From positions 37,021 through 101,020 of the forward strand of contig NW_014577075.1 of assembly GCF_000485595.1 (NCBI RefSeq): a stretch of 64,000 nucleotides of DNA, read 5' to 3'. A program made the translations under genes and the position numbers. A model generated the notes under the pieces. The model saw only the letters and a list, made by a program, of their open reading frames with translations, was not told where the DNA came from and searched no databases. Of the stretch, positions 14,001 to 27,800 are shown piece by piece. Every line of letters starts with the position of its first letter. Within the stretch, counting starts at the first letter, position 1. Source of the stretch: Priapulus caudatus (Eukaryota).

Positions 14001-15855
14001 ATTGAGCAGGCAGGGATGCTCCCCACAGTCGTCTGTAACAATAGTACACTTGTAGGCGGTGTCATCAATGAGGCACACACAGATATCCTATACTACACGT
14101 ATCACGTGTCATCGTCCGATATCCTATAACAATGGTGATCAATCCACACAAAATCCCTCTTTGTAAGAACTTGTGGTTAAACTAGTATCGCATTTACATG
14201 TTTTAAAGCTTAACCAGAGTGTTGATAGTAACCAAGACTGTATGTGTAATACATATATATATATATATTAGCAGGAGTGTATAATAGAGATATCTATATT
14301 ACACACTCCTGATACTATATATCTATGGAGATCCACTATTTAATACATATTAGCATCGTCAGTATAGGAATATAACAACAGCATGAACCAGTATCATAAA
14401 ACCTTCATTGTCATTGTCAATGTCTTCAGCATCAGCAGTATCAGTACTCACCGATACATATTTTAATCGTGTTCTTATCTGTATACTACTGACATAACTG
14501 ACCCTAACTCTTCTAGCCATGAAACTTTATTATTATTAAATCTTACTTTGTATGTAATTAACATTAATGTATGTAATAAAAACATAATTAGGGTAATGTA
14601 AAACCTTTGTAAAATTTATGTTAATTTAAAAGTTTAATGACTAACAACGACCAGCATCATGGGTGTCAACATACCGATCTCAGTCTCGCAGTTGCTGCCG
14701 GTCCATCCCAGAGGGCACTGACACATGTAGCGGCTGAGTGGTAGGGTGACACACTGACCGGCGTTTCTGCACACGGGCGGCACGCTGTCACACGGGTCGA
14801 TCGTCTCGTTACAGCTGCAACACGCACCGCACATCCACTCAGACTCCAAGAATCGCCGCGAAGCCTCACAATGCCTCGCCACTTTTATCGTTGTTACGCA
14901 ATTACACTGACCGCGCCACGATCGTGAGGTTATTGAAGCTTCTCTCCAATGACATCACGATCGGTGCACGGAAATCAAAAAACTCCGAGTCGTAAAAAAC
15001 TCAGAGTCTGATCTGCACCAGGTATATAAATTACTTAACTACACAACCTACATTACACAAAGTACTACGATTGCCAAACTCTACAGAACTTTTCTCTCAG
15101 TTCGCTCGAAATGGGAATAAGAGCGACTGAGAGAGAGTATGGTAGAGTGTGGTATAGAAGGTATAGTAGAGTGTGGTAGTGTAGTATGGAGTGTATAGTA
15201 GAAAGTGTGGTAAAATGTGGTAGAGATAGTGTGGTAGAGCTGTAGAGTGTGGCACATGGACAATGGACTAAAATAATTAAGGGACGTATCCAAATCAATA
15301 ATGCAAGTAGTTAGTGAACTTCGCTTTAACGCTTACAAAGTTCCCTTGAAGCCTGATCTACACAGGCAGTTATACTGGTCGACTCCATCCTGACACATGC
15401 TGGCAAACGGACATGGTGCACTCGCACACTCATTCGGCTCGACCTCGCAGTTCCTGCCACTGAATCCTAGAACGAGAGATATGTGCCGCGTTATAACCAA
15501 TGCCATGGAATGATGAAACGTTCCGCGGCAAGAACAAACGCTAGCTATTTGTTGCGTTTTAGAAGATCTTGCCGTTTTCTTAATGCAGAACGACAGTTCG
15601 CAAAAAACAAAAAACAAAAAACAATTGTTCGAAGTGGTGATATAAATTTAAATTTACTAAATTAAAAATCAAACAAAGGCCTACATGCAATTAGGCAAGT
15701 AACAATTGACGATCAGGAGTAAGCCCATGTTTATGATGTATTCCGTATAATACACTAATATAACCATGCGACCTCTTTTATGGAACCAGTTCTACCATAC
15801 ACACACGCACCTGCAAACACACGCATGCATGCACGCACCCACGCGTACGCACGCA

Positions 15856-15886
<31 letters not shown>

Positions 15887-18800
15887 GTGCGCGTGTGCCC
15901 CCTCACACACACTCCGGTGTAGGTCTTACCATCCGGACATCTGCACAGATATCCAATCTCTAGGTCCGCACAGACGCCGTTGTTCAAACATGGAGACGCC
16001 TCACACTCGTCAATGTTCGTTGTACAGGTGGAGCCACTGAAGCCACGCTTGCACACGCAGCGAGGGCCATGGTCGAATGCTGCGCAGATTCCCGCGTTCT
16101 GGCACACGTTCGTGCAGTCGACTGATAAAGGGGAATGCATTATATTATCGCAGATGCGAATCGGAGCACATTGCAAAGTTTAGAGGCTTTTATGTTGTAC
16201 GTATATGCATTCAATCCTGTGTTAGTCGTCACCTCCACAAAAGAAACACTATGATTGTTTTGTCATTTCTTTTAAGTGGATCTTATATGCAGGTTAAACT
16301 GTATAGGTTAAAAAATAAAATAAACACGATGATTACCTATGGACATACATATATTGATTGTTATATTGCCACCTAAATTTAAAATATACCTAAATGCCAC
16401 ACAGTAGAAACAGTACATGATTACAATACAGAAAACAACACATCCATGCAAATGAACCTGGGGCGTCAAAAACATTTCAATTGTAAAACTAGTTTTAAGT
16501 TAAGTTTAAGTCTTAGTTTAAACCTTTCTCCTGCATTACAATCGTAGCCATCACCAATGTAGAGCTTGGATGTGTTTTTGACAGTGCGTCCCCCCACCCC
16601 CCGAGCCCTGAGGTATTCAGCACGATCTCGTGCGTTTATCCCTCTCTATCTCTTCCACTCTCTCCCTACCTACCCCCCTTCTCTCTTGCCTTTATTTTTT
16701 TTTTCTCTCTCTGTCTCTCCCTCTGTCTCTCTATGTGCCCCTCTCTCTCCTTCTCTCGGACCCGCTCACTGTTGCTCCCTCTCACCCTCTCCCGTATGTT
16801 TTATGCTCATTTTATGCTTTACACATGCATACCTTCTATGCATCCGCGGATGCTATCGGCGCCCGCATCGCCGGACGTGGTCAGCTGGGCTGGACACTCG
16901 GTGCACTCTGCCGACCCCTCCACGTCCGTGTAGTAGTTCTTCGTACACGGCTTGCATGGCTGCAGTCCCGTGAGAGAGAACTGTCCTTTGGGACAAGGCT
17001 CTGCAAAGACGAAAGCGAAGCATCAGCAAACTGCACTGGCATATGAGAAGAAAGGTAGATATATATATATATACATGAGGATAAAATTTATTCTCGTCGC
17101 ACACGTTGTTAAACATGTTAATACACGTTTAGAAAACGACGCAAGAGGGGACGTGTCACATTAGCGATGACTTCTCGTGTGATCTCTTCTAAAAATCAAC
17201 AACGATCTAATCATTCACTCGCACAAAACAGCACTGGTTCGCCGTGTATATCGCTGAATAACTGTCTCTTAATTATTAGTGGCATAATTTAAGTGAAACC
17301 TACACCGGCTTATCATAACAGGGTCATACCTTTGCAGTCTTCAACTTCAATGCTGCCTCTGTCAACGTTGTACAAGCCGGGGGGACACACAGTGCAGAAC
17401 CTGCTACCACCGACTCCAGGTACACCGGCGTATGTATTGGGCCGACACTGCTCGCATGGAACGATGCCAGTGAGAGAGAACGTACCAGCAGGACAGGTTT
17501 CTGAAACGGCAGTAATGCTCAATATTTTATAAGTGAGATTGCAATATCACGACAGTGATACTAGAACACGTTTAAACATCTATGGTACGGCATAGCATCA
17601 AAGTAACTCTAAGTATCAGGATACTACACTGACAGAAATAAAACTGTGAACTGTGAACTTGATTAGGACATAGCATAATAGCAGGGATTAATAACGACAA
17701 ATTTGTCATCAATAATGTAATAATTTTTCATTATTAACCCCTGATAATAAAAATCTTTTCGACACTCTGTACTCACGTATGCACTCTGACACACTTGTCG
17801 TCTGCACGGTCCTAGTGTAGGTGTTGACAGGGCAGGGGATGCACTGAGTGGCACCAGGGGCAGACATGAACGTCCCTAGAGGGCAGGGGTTGCAGTCGCC
17901 CTCACTAGTCTGGTACGTTCCTGCAGGACACATGACTGAAACAAATGCGACACCATGTGTTTAGTCGATACGTACGGAAGCAAGCACAACTTTTTTCAGC
18001 TACTCCTTTTTATTCGTTTCACCTAAGTCACGCACTAGCTCCTGACTGCGTTTTTTTGCCACTCAATTTTAACCAAGACAGCAATAGCAACCAACTGCAA
18101 GAACTAACCGCTGAGGGCAAACAGAAGCCGAAAATCAAACGACTTCAGAAATTAAACATCACAAAAAACCCGACAGACGTTTATTTCACGGTCATCCCTT
18201 GCTCACATTCAGCATTGCACTAAGATGAAGTAAGACCTGAAGATGCAACCCTGAACCTCAAAGCATGGATCCAGGTGAACAGATTACATAGTCTACAAGA
18301 AGTAGAACAGAATACATTCTAGTGGTGCATCTATTCGGCACTAGTGACGACGGCATTGCTACGTACGACAGGTAGGTGACTGCGGCGAGCCCTGCAGGAT
18401 GTGTCCGGGGGCGCAGGAGTAGCCGATGCGGTTGACCGCCCGGTTACTGACCATATCCGGACACCCGCTCGCGGTCACGTTCAGCAGCGGGTAGACGGGG
18501 AATGCTCTTATGTTGAAGATCGTCCGCAAGGTGTCGCCGCAGAACTCGAGCAGCGCGACCATGTGGCTGTCGGCGGTGATCCGCATCACGTAATCGATGA
18601 TCACTTGCTGCGATAAAAATCCGAAATAGTAAAATATCCGAAATAACCAACACGTAAACGGAACGCAATCGATTTGTATAACGATTCATTTGACCAATAG
18701 TTACTTGGCATGACTGACAGGCAGGTCTAATCAATCAGCATTGCGATATGACGTTCGAAATCTGTAACCAAATGTTGGAGATGCCATTTTTTACCAGATA

Positions 18801-21800
18801 GAACCTACGTAAACGATGTAATAAAGGCAATGCTTAGCAAAAGACTGCTGCAAAGTAGACATTTTGGCGTGCAGACGTGTGAAACAAAATGCACGCACTG
18901 GGTGAGCTTGGATAACATGAAAAGGGGCGTGGTAATCTCGCAGAAACAGATTAATTCTACTAAGATTCTTCATTAATTGGCACTCGAGAGTGTCTGTACT
19001 TCTTTAAATCGTTACATGAATGCTAAGTTGCGACAGCATATGTGAGGAGGCGTGGTGTTCACGTACCAGGCCGTCGGGGGCGACCTCGACGCGTGTGTCC
19101 AGGAATCGGACGCTGACCGTCGGTCCGAGCGTGCAGCGCTGCGAGAACTGTCGCTGGATCGTCGGCAGGCTCGCGCGCAGGTTCTCGACGTACTGTCCGA
19201 CGCAGTCGAGCGTGACGGCCGAGGTCGGCGTGTACGCGAGCGTCGTCGTCATCTCGTAGGCGGCCGCTGGCAGCGAGGCGTCGACGCACGCCGGCGCGAT
19301 GCCGCCGGGCTGCCAGCCGCTCGCGTCGAAGCACGTGTACTGCCGCAGCGGCGCGTCGTCGACGAACCTGCGAAGTGTTGACGATGATTCGACGTGTTCG
19401 CAATGCGGTGCGGTGTCGCTTGGCGTGGTGTGGTGCGGTGTGGCGTAGCGTGGTGTGGTGTGGTGTGGCGTGGCGTGGTGTGGTGTGGTGTAGTGTAGCG
19501 TGGTGTGGTGTGGTGTGGTGGTCTGGTCTGGCGTTGTGTGGGGAGGTGTGTGGTGTGGTGGCATTGTGTGGTGTGACGTGGTGTGTGGCGGGGCATGGCG
19601 TGGTGTGGTGTGGTGGGGTTTGTAGTGTAATGTAGCATGGTGTGGAGTGGTGTGTGGAGTAATGTAGCATGGTGTGGGGTGGTGTGTGGTGTGATGAGGA
19701 ACGGTGTGACGTGGCATAATGTGGCGTAAGGTGGTTTGTGGTGTGATATAGCATGGTGTGGTGTTATGTGGCATGGGTCTAGTGTTGTGTTGTGTCATGT
19801 TGTATTGTATCATGCCGTGTAAATGTAAATGTCACGTAACATAACGTAATCTAGTGCAAATGTTACACTCAATTAAGTTAATACAGTCAAATGTTACAGT
19901 CGATGTAATGTGCTTACCGGAAGCCTGGGTCGCATGTGACGTTACACAGTAGTCCAACACCACCCCTGCCAGTCTGCTGGGAACACCTCCTCTCCCCATT
20001 AACTGGAGTCACTAGCGACCATTCCGTGCAAGGAGCAGCTGTGTAACAAAATGAGAGAAATGTGTAACAAACAGACATAAACCATATAACACATACACAG
20101 AAAACATATTTTGCAATTTTTAAGATACTTCGTGATGCATTGGATGATCCACAAATTTAGAAAGTAATAGACTGAAAAAATAGTGCATAACAGCCTTCCA
20201 AACTACCTCATTCGACATAAAGTAGTGCATCCTCTAAGCCACAAGATACAATAACTTGCATAACTAATGCCTATACCACGTATAAATTAAGTAGTGTTAA
20301 TATGTTACAAAAAATTTAATGTTTGAACTGATGATGAGGAAGTGAATGTGTGATTGCCACAGCTCTGTTAGTGCTGGTTCTTATAATTTCACACCTACAA
20401 AAGATCTCTCGATCTACAAGGGAAATTATGGAATAACACACCTTCGACAGATACTTGGTACCTGCAGCTATCGCTGTTGCCTACTGCATCTACTACCTCA
20501 ACAGTCACATCAACAACTCCGTTCAACGGAATCTCAACAGAATCGGGCTCAAAGTTGATCAGGATTTCGCCTATAAGGTTGGGTGGAAATTGTTAGTGTC
20601 TAAAACTATACATGAAATAATTAAATGTCAGGATAAATATAAAATATTTATCGGTCATCGAAATTGTTGCTTCAGTAAACTATCTGAATTCACCTCGAAA
20701 TTAAATGTTTTTATATACATATCATGATTTACATTCAACTTTTATAGCAAGGATTTCATTTGCGATTGATCATTATTGCAAGATATAGTGCATTGCGGTT
20801 GGTGTAGTGCATGTCACATGCGATGGAATACACCTCATCACTCACCTGAAGCATCGAATGCTTCAACGTAATCGTTTGTGAAGTTGAGAGTGTAGGCATC
20901 AGCTTGCAGGGTGACATGGCGCACGCCTCCCTCCGGGCACTCCTTGATCACTGGCGCTGTCTGATCTGTAACAAGCGGCAACCTTGTTCACAGACACGCA
21001 CGCCACCACTACTCACATCTACCCCGGATGTAAACACCCACAACTCATGCACGTGTGCTCAGGAGTCACACACCAATAGTTGCCGTACTCTCAACGCCTA
21101 TAGCTTGATGCACAGTCTGGAGTGTATATTTGCAATCGCAATGTGAGAAATCTACGTTCCTCACAACACATTATCATGTTCCCTACCTGAATGACTTCGG
21201 TGTTCTTCACCAAATCAATCAATTAAATACGTCGTCCCGCGTCTCTGGGGCGACCTCGTGTCAGCTCATTGCACTACCTACTGGTCTACTGCCGACGATG
21301 CTAAGCTGATCATGTCACACGTACCTCGGACCCTGATCGAGACGACACACGTGTCGTAGTTGCCGGCTGCATCGTAGGCGATGTACGTTATGTCGAGCGG
21401 CTCGCGCACCATCCGCGGAGGCATGAAGAGCGGAGGTACGATCTCATACCTGACTATTTTACCTGCAAGTGCACACATCACACCTTTATACCAGCACTCG
21501 ATCCTACCACCGTATCAATGTGAATGCACGGGTCGGTTTATTTTATTTTTTGGGGTAAGGTAAGCGATGCTTTCACTTTAATCAGACATTTTGAGGCACT
21601 ATGACAAGTTGGAGATATAAAAACAAACACTTCATTGAAAGGATGAGTGCAGACTCCCTTAGCAGCTTTCCCCCAAGTTTTTCTGCCATATTCCTGTGGG
21701 ATAGAGTCTCACTCGACTACCGTGCCTGGGAAACTAAACGTCTATACAACATCTAAGTGGTTGTGCAATCAATGAATATTATTTCGCAGAGCTGTGTACT

Positions 21801-24800
21801 CCCAAAATATCTACGTGACATCAGAAATGAATAAAAACACATTTGTTTTTATTTACTCCTGGTGACATCTATACTAAACATCTATACCAGACAGTGGGGA
21901 ACTACTGCTACGTGCAATACCATGAGGGGTACTTGTACATGTGTACTATCTGTACAATACTCTATGAATCTAAACATCTATGCAATTGTCAAATACACAT
22001 CTGTTTCTTGCACTGATGACTACGCACAATAGCACTGTCCTGAATCCTAGTCTACAGCCCAGACACCCTGCAGCATTCAACTTCTCACATCTGCCCCCAT
22101 GTTGCACTCACCCGAATTGTCCTCGGCAACGGGAACATTGTAGTCGACCATTCGAGGTCCGCTCAGCGTGTCGTTAATGAGGATCGGCTGCAGCGGACAG
22201 TTAACGAACCGTGGGCCCTGCACATCTGTAATGATCGACGAGCAGACGTTACCATATGTTACCAATGTTATGAACGAATACGTTACATGAGAGAACAGAG
22301 TATACATATGGTATCCCTATTCTACTTCTACTTCTATATAATAATACTGGACAGTCGTTATTACTATTACTATTCATTTACTATGTGTGCCGTGACGTAC
22401 AAAAGGTGAGAGCAAGCATCCAAGTGCTACTGACACTAAATATGTGAGAGGCAGAAGAATATTACAGGAGTCACAAAACTATTCGTGTATTTTAATTTTA
22501 CAGTTTATCATCATTGCTAGAGAACTTGTTGTAAACCGAGAATTCGTTAACGAAGCATTGATCATAAAATTACGAACATCGTGCAAGGTATGCTCTAATC
22601 TGCAGATAGCAGATTGGAAATGACGGTCGTGCTAATATGCAATTTAATAATCACATCGACGCTCTGCACTATATATATATGCTCACTTTAGCAGAAGGGT
22701 AGGAGGTAACGGAGGATGATTTTTATTTCGCAAAGCAGAGTTAAGGACAACAGATAACGTTCACGCACCGATGCACATGGGAGTCGACGCGTTCCAGCCG
22801 ACGGCAGCCGTCTCTCGAGTGGCGCACCCTAGCAGACCGATCTTGGCGCACTTGTTGTCGAGATTGTCGAGTATCTGTATCTGCACATGTCGCGCGACAA
22901 TCGGCTCGACGAGCGGGAACGTGCGCAGGCTGCCGTACTGGTCCTCCGAGTTGTCGTTAAACAGCTGCCATGGCAACCATAGCGGAGAGATGATGTTAAC
23001 AAGACCGTATGACGCAGGAACTCGTTACAAATAACTATATGATTATATTATTAATTTATATTATAATATTAATACTAATATTAAAACTTATGATAAATAC
23101 CATGACTGTAAACAATATAAGACAATCATAAGATAATAGATAAATGAATAATAGAGAGAAGGTATGATGCACACATGAGCGAGCCATTACTAAGCAACTG
23201 CAGTATTCCTCTGACATCTACTATTAGGAAAAGTAAGATAATAAAAAGGAAAGATAGAGATTCAATAAATAAATAAATAATAAAGTATGATACATGATAA
23301 AGCGAGAAAGTAAGAAAATCTAGACAATCAAAGATAGTAAAATACATATAAACACATAGAAAAACTTGCTATCTTATATTATATAGTCATAGGACCATGT
23401 TATACATGTCACATCACGTCATAGGGTCATGCTATACATGTCATGTCACGTCACACACTCAGGTTACGTTATGGAGTCACGCTATACCTGTGGATAGGTT
23501 ATGAAGCCGCGTGAGAGATTAGTTGTGTAGTTGAATGCGAAGGCGACGGGTCGACCCTTGATGGCATTGTCAATGACAGCACGGGTCCTGATGGCCGTGA
23601 TGTAGTACTCTCTGCCCAGATCAATCTACGACAAAGAATCAGAATGGTAAATGAAACCTACAAAAAGAAACTGATCATCCGTGATACGCAGAAAGTGCCT
23701 CATGTTTGATTGTTATTCGTTGTTAAAGCCATACAGTAGCATATATATATCACAGTATAGAATAATGATAAAGACAGTAAAAACTATGTAACTAGCCCGT
23801 ACATTCAAGAGCTAATCGTCCCCCATAGTTCTACATCATGCAGAGTTCATGTTGACACAACTAATAGTATGTGCTTGTCTTGGCAATCTATAGTTCTACT
23901 TGTATGTGGCTGTTCATAGCGCATGTTGTTGGTCGATGGCTACACAGGTAGGATGAGGTATAATCTGCTACACTCACCATTACGAATGGATTTCCACGTT
24001 CGTTCGCACACCATCCCGTGAAGCTGTCCAATCCCACTTCCTGTAATTTACAGAGACAGTAAACTGATTAGTTGATCTCTTACGTGCACAAAGAGGGGTT
24101 GTTTGTTTTACGATGTGTTTTGATATCCACCAAAATGAGATTATGTATTAACGATTTCCAACCTTTTCAATTGAATAGATTTTCTTTGAAGGTGAAACAT
24201 AAGAAACATCAGAACTCGATCTCGGGGTAAACCTCCGTACAAAGTGCTCAAGTACAATACGATATGGATACGCGATATAGATAAGTTTCGGGGATTCACC
24301 ATTTAGAGTCAAATCTGCTCAAATAACTGCGAGGCTATTACTATACTCACCATAGGATTGTAAGGTTCAAAGTAACTAGAGCCAATGATCTGACCGCTGG
24401 GGACATCGTCTATAATATCCCGTAACATCGGGCAAACCATCCCTACAAGCAGCCATAGTAAATCACATTACAAATCATCCTAGGATAGTAAGAAATAGAA
24501 AAAAGAGGTGATAGGGCAAAAAGCCTAATATTATAATTACAAGAACGATCAGCCAGTGTCACTCACATGTTCGACAGTCATGCTAAATCGCAAATATTCC
24601 AGCGATTCCTTCAAATGAGATCGTCATTCCCCACAGATTCATTCAAACTCCTCCAATTCCACAGCTTTTCCCCCAAATAAATGTTCTCGATGGATTATTC
24701 AAGTATCTAAGCTGCTAGCCGTGTTTGAGATGAAAGGAACGATGAGATTCGCTGACTTACTCTGCATGCAACGAGCTCGCTGTGGCAACGCTGTGTAACC

Positions 24801-27800
24801 GGGCTTCCTGCATTCAAACTCTACATCAGCCCCCTCCTCGTACGTCGACGCTATCTGAACGCCCCCTGGTGGGTGCCCTGGATCTACACATGATGGTCCT
24901 GAATCAGCAAAAAAACCCAGCATTAGTATATCAGCCAAAAAGAAGAGAAGGCACCTAATGTAATTACATGCCTGCCAAGTGTTGTGTGTGCGTCTGTATA
25001 TATCTGTAAGTAAATGTCATCATAAAAATAGTACTCAATAAATATATAAATATTCATCTATCAGTCGACAAATATCAAAAACACTGACGTAGTTGATATA
25101 TTAATTATAACTCTGTATTATAGATGACAGAATTTCACAGATAACCTACAGGTTCCCTACTGCCATCTGGTGACAGCGCAAGCATACAATCAGAACAGCC
25201 TGATGTAGACAGCAGATCGGGTGTCGAAACTGCCGCTCTTTGCAAACATTTCATATCAACCTCAACATTAAACTTTTTTTTTCATTTAAAAATTACATCC
25301 GACGACATTCCAAGATTGACGGGTTAGTCTACCTTCACAGCGGAGACTGCCGAATTCCCAAACCCCACTCTGGCCACACTGGACGGAGTCGGTTCCCAAG
25401 CTGCTCTGTCCGGCCACGTTGTACGGCTGCGGGCAGGTGAAGCGGAACGTCGATGCCACAGTTGTCTCCTGACCGCTCGACGGAAACGTGTAGATGGCGC
25501 CAGGGGAGGGCTGCGGCGTCCCACAGTCAATCACTATATCAGGAAATACGGGTCAGCATTAAGCGAGGTTATTACAGTTTTTGACTGTTTGATCACACGC
25601 CAGTTATATGCCAAGTAAGCTACATAAAAACTAGCAAGCATTAACCTATAAAGTTAGCAATGAACCGAGGAAACGTCTGGTGAGCGTGAACCTACATGCC
25701 AAGTAAGCTACGTCAAAACTACCAAGCATTAACCTATAAAGTTAGCAATGTACTAAGGAAACGTCGAGCGCGCTTGAACGTACGTGGGCACTGCGGCGGG
25801 AAGCCGGCGAGCCAGAAGAGCGGCGTCTGCGGCTGCGGCTCGTAGACGCACTCGCGGTGGCCGCTGAACGCCGTGCCTGGGCTGCGGCGCTGCGGGTTCG
25901 TGCACGTGATCGTCACGTTGTCGTACAGGCTGAGCGGCTCTCCCTCCGGCTCGATCATCACGCCGAGCTCACGCACGCTGATAAAGCCCTGACACGAGAT
26001 CGCTGCAACAGCAAGGTCAAGGTCGTGGGAGCGGAGGCCAAGTAGACATGACGCTGTTATGCAAACGCATATTGAGGATGAGGATCAGAAAGACAATGAG
26101 GATGAAGATGAGGATGAGGAGGTGATCAGGATCAGAAATATAATGGGGATGAGATTGAGGATGAGGATGAGAATGAGGATGAGGATGATCTGGATGAAAA
26201 TGGGTGTAAGCTTAAGGGCGAGGATGAGGATGAAGATGAAGATGGGGAATGGTGTTATATATACGTGTAAATACAGACATGATGTCCAACATGAGTTCTT
26301 TGATGGACCGTCAACATGTACTTTATGGTATGCATGGATATATTTTATGGTTTCTGTATCTTCCGGATATGGCTTTCTGGTTAAGTAGCCCACTACTGTG
26401 AATAACTTGCACACCCCCGTTGCATAGATCTAGTAGGGTGCTATAGTGCCGGTTCACATTCTCCCATCCCTGTTTTGTAACGCAATGTAAATATCTGAAT
26501 ACTGTGACGATACCGTCCGGATAGTTAATACAGAATGTAAATAATAATTTGGACGATATTCCAGTGAGTTATATTATGCGATCGTCCTTATAAACAAGTT
26601 TTAGTTTCTATGATATTCCGAGTTTCTTACGCTGGCAGGTAGGTGGCGCTTCATCCCACAGCCCCGTGGCGAGACAGCGCAGACGGCTAGATCCTTTCAT
26701 CTCATATCCAAAGTTGCACTTAAACGCTACGACATGCTCGTAGTAGAAGTGTGGAAGTGTGGTCAACAACTGACCGTTCAGCGGACTCTCCAAACGAGGA
26801 CACTCCACGGCTGCAACACAGAACATTGCGATGATCGTTAGCATAAATGCATATGTAATCACACGTCGCTTATATAGGTAACATAGCTATGTTCTTGCAG
26901 TCAGTTATGGCTTCTCATTATGTGACAATAGAAACCACTTTCGACGCCTATATACTAACATAAGAGATTCAGAAACATGTCATGCAAGCGTGTATATGTC
27001 AATCCACATATTTCAACACTGCTATACAGTGCATGCACTGTGTACATTTTTGATTATATCACTTATATTCATTGATATATAAAACGAGCATGATAAATGA
27101 TGTATTACACATCGGCACACGTGTTCTGCTGTAACTCCCTAACAGCTGTAACTAGAGATATATACTATAAAAAGTACAAATAAATAATTATACACTTACG
27201 AACGCAGGTCTTGTTGAAGCGGTAGGTGTCGCCCGCTTTATGTCCGGTTTCCCCGGGCGGTAGCCGGAAGCCGCTGATGCCATTGCCGCTGTAGAGCACA
27301 CGACCTGCGTCACACGAGCACTGCACTGACCCAGGTATGTTATGACACCTGTCACTGCAGCCGGCCGTGCCTAGCTGACACTCATCTACATCTGTCATCG
27401 GGAAAGAGGACGGGAAAGCAGCACTTTAGATACTAGTTCTTACTTTTAACAGATTTACGTAAAAGAACTGCGAGTTAGTTATCGACCTTGAAGAATAACG
27501 ATCATTAATCTGACTCAACGTGGCTCATAGAAGACGAGAAATGACGCGTGGCAAGTGAATGCCATCACGTATGTTCTAACAACACCACAAACATTGTCTG
27601 CACATACCTCTACATGAAATCTCTCTGCAGCCGTAGATTTCCATCCGCATGCAAGGGAAGCCCTGGAATTCTTCTATGACGATCCAAATATGACGTGCTC
27701 TCACGGGAATCGGCAGCACTACGATCCTACTCTCAGGCTTCTGTGGTGTGATGCCTTCCATCACGTACACCTAAACAGTAGTGACATCACTGCGTTAGCA

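Noticed and set aside
13515..14129. 204-aa plus-strand ORF and similar antisense ORFs over exons
   Set aside because: Shadows of minus-strand coding exons.
11296..16121. Calling the gene Notch, Crumbs, fibropellin or SVEP1
   Set aside because: No LNR, ankyrin or vWA domain seen. The CTL-LDLa-CUBx3 start and overall order fit Uif.
19004..19813. 269-aa ORF with a His/Thr/Pro mucin-like N-terminus
   Set aside because: Only 19067-19367 is exon. The rest is an intronic pentamer repeat upstream of a phase-matching acceptor.
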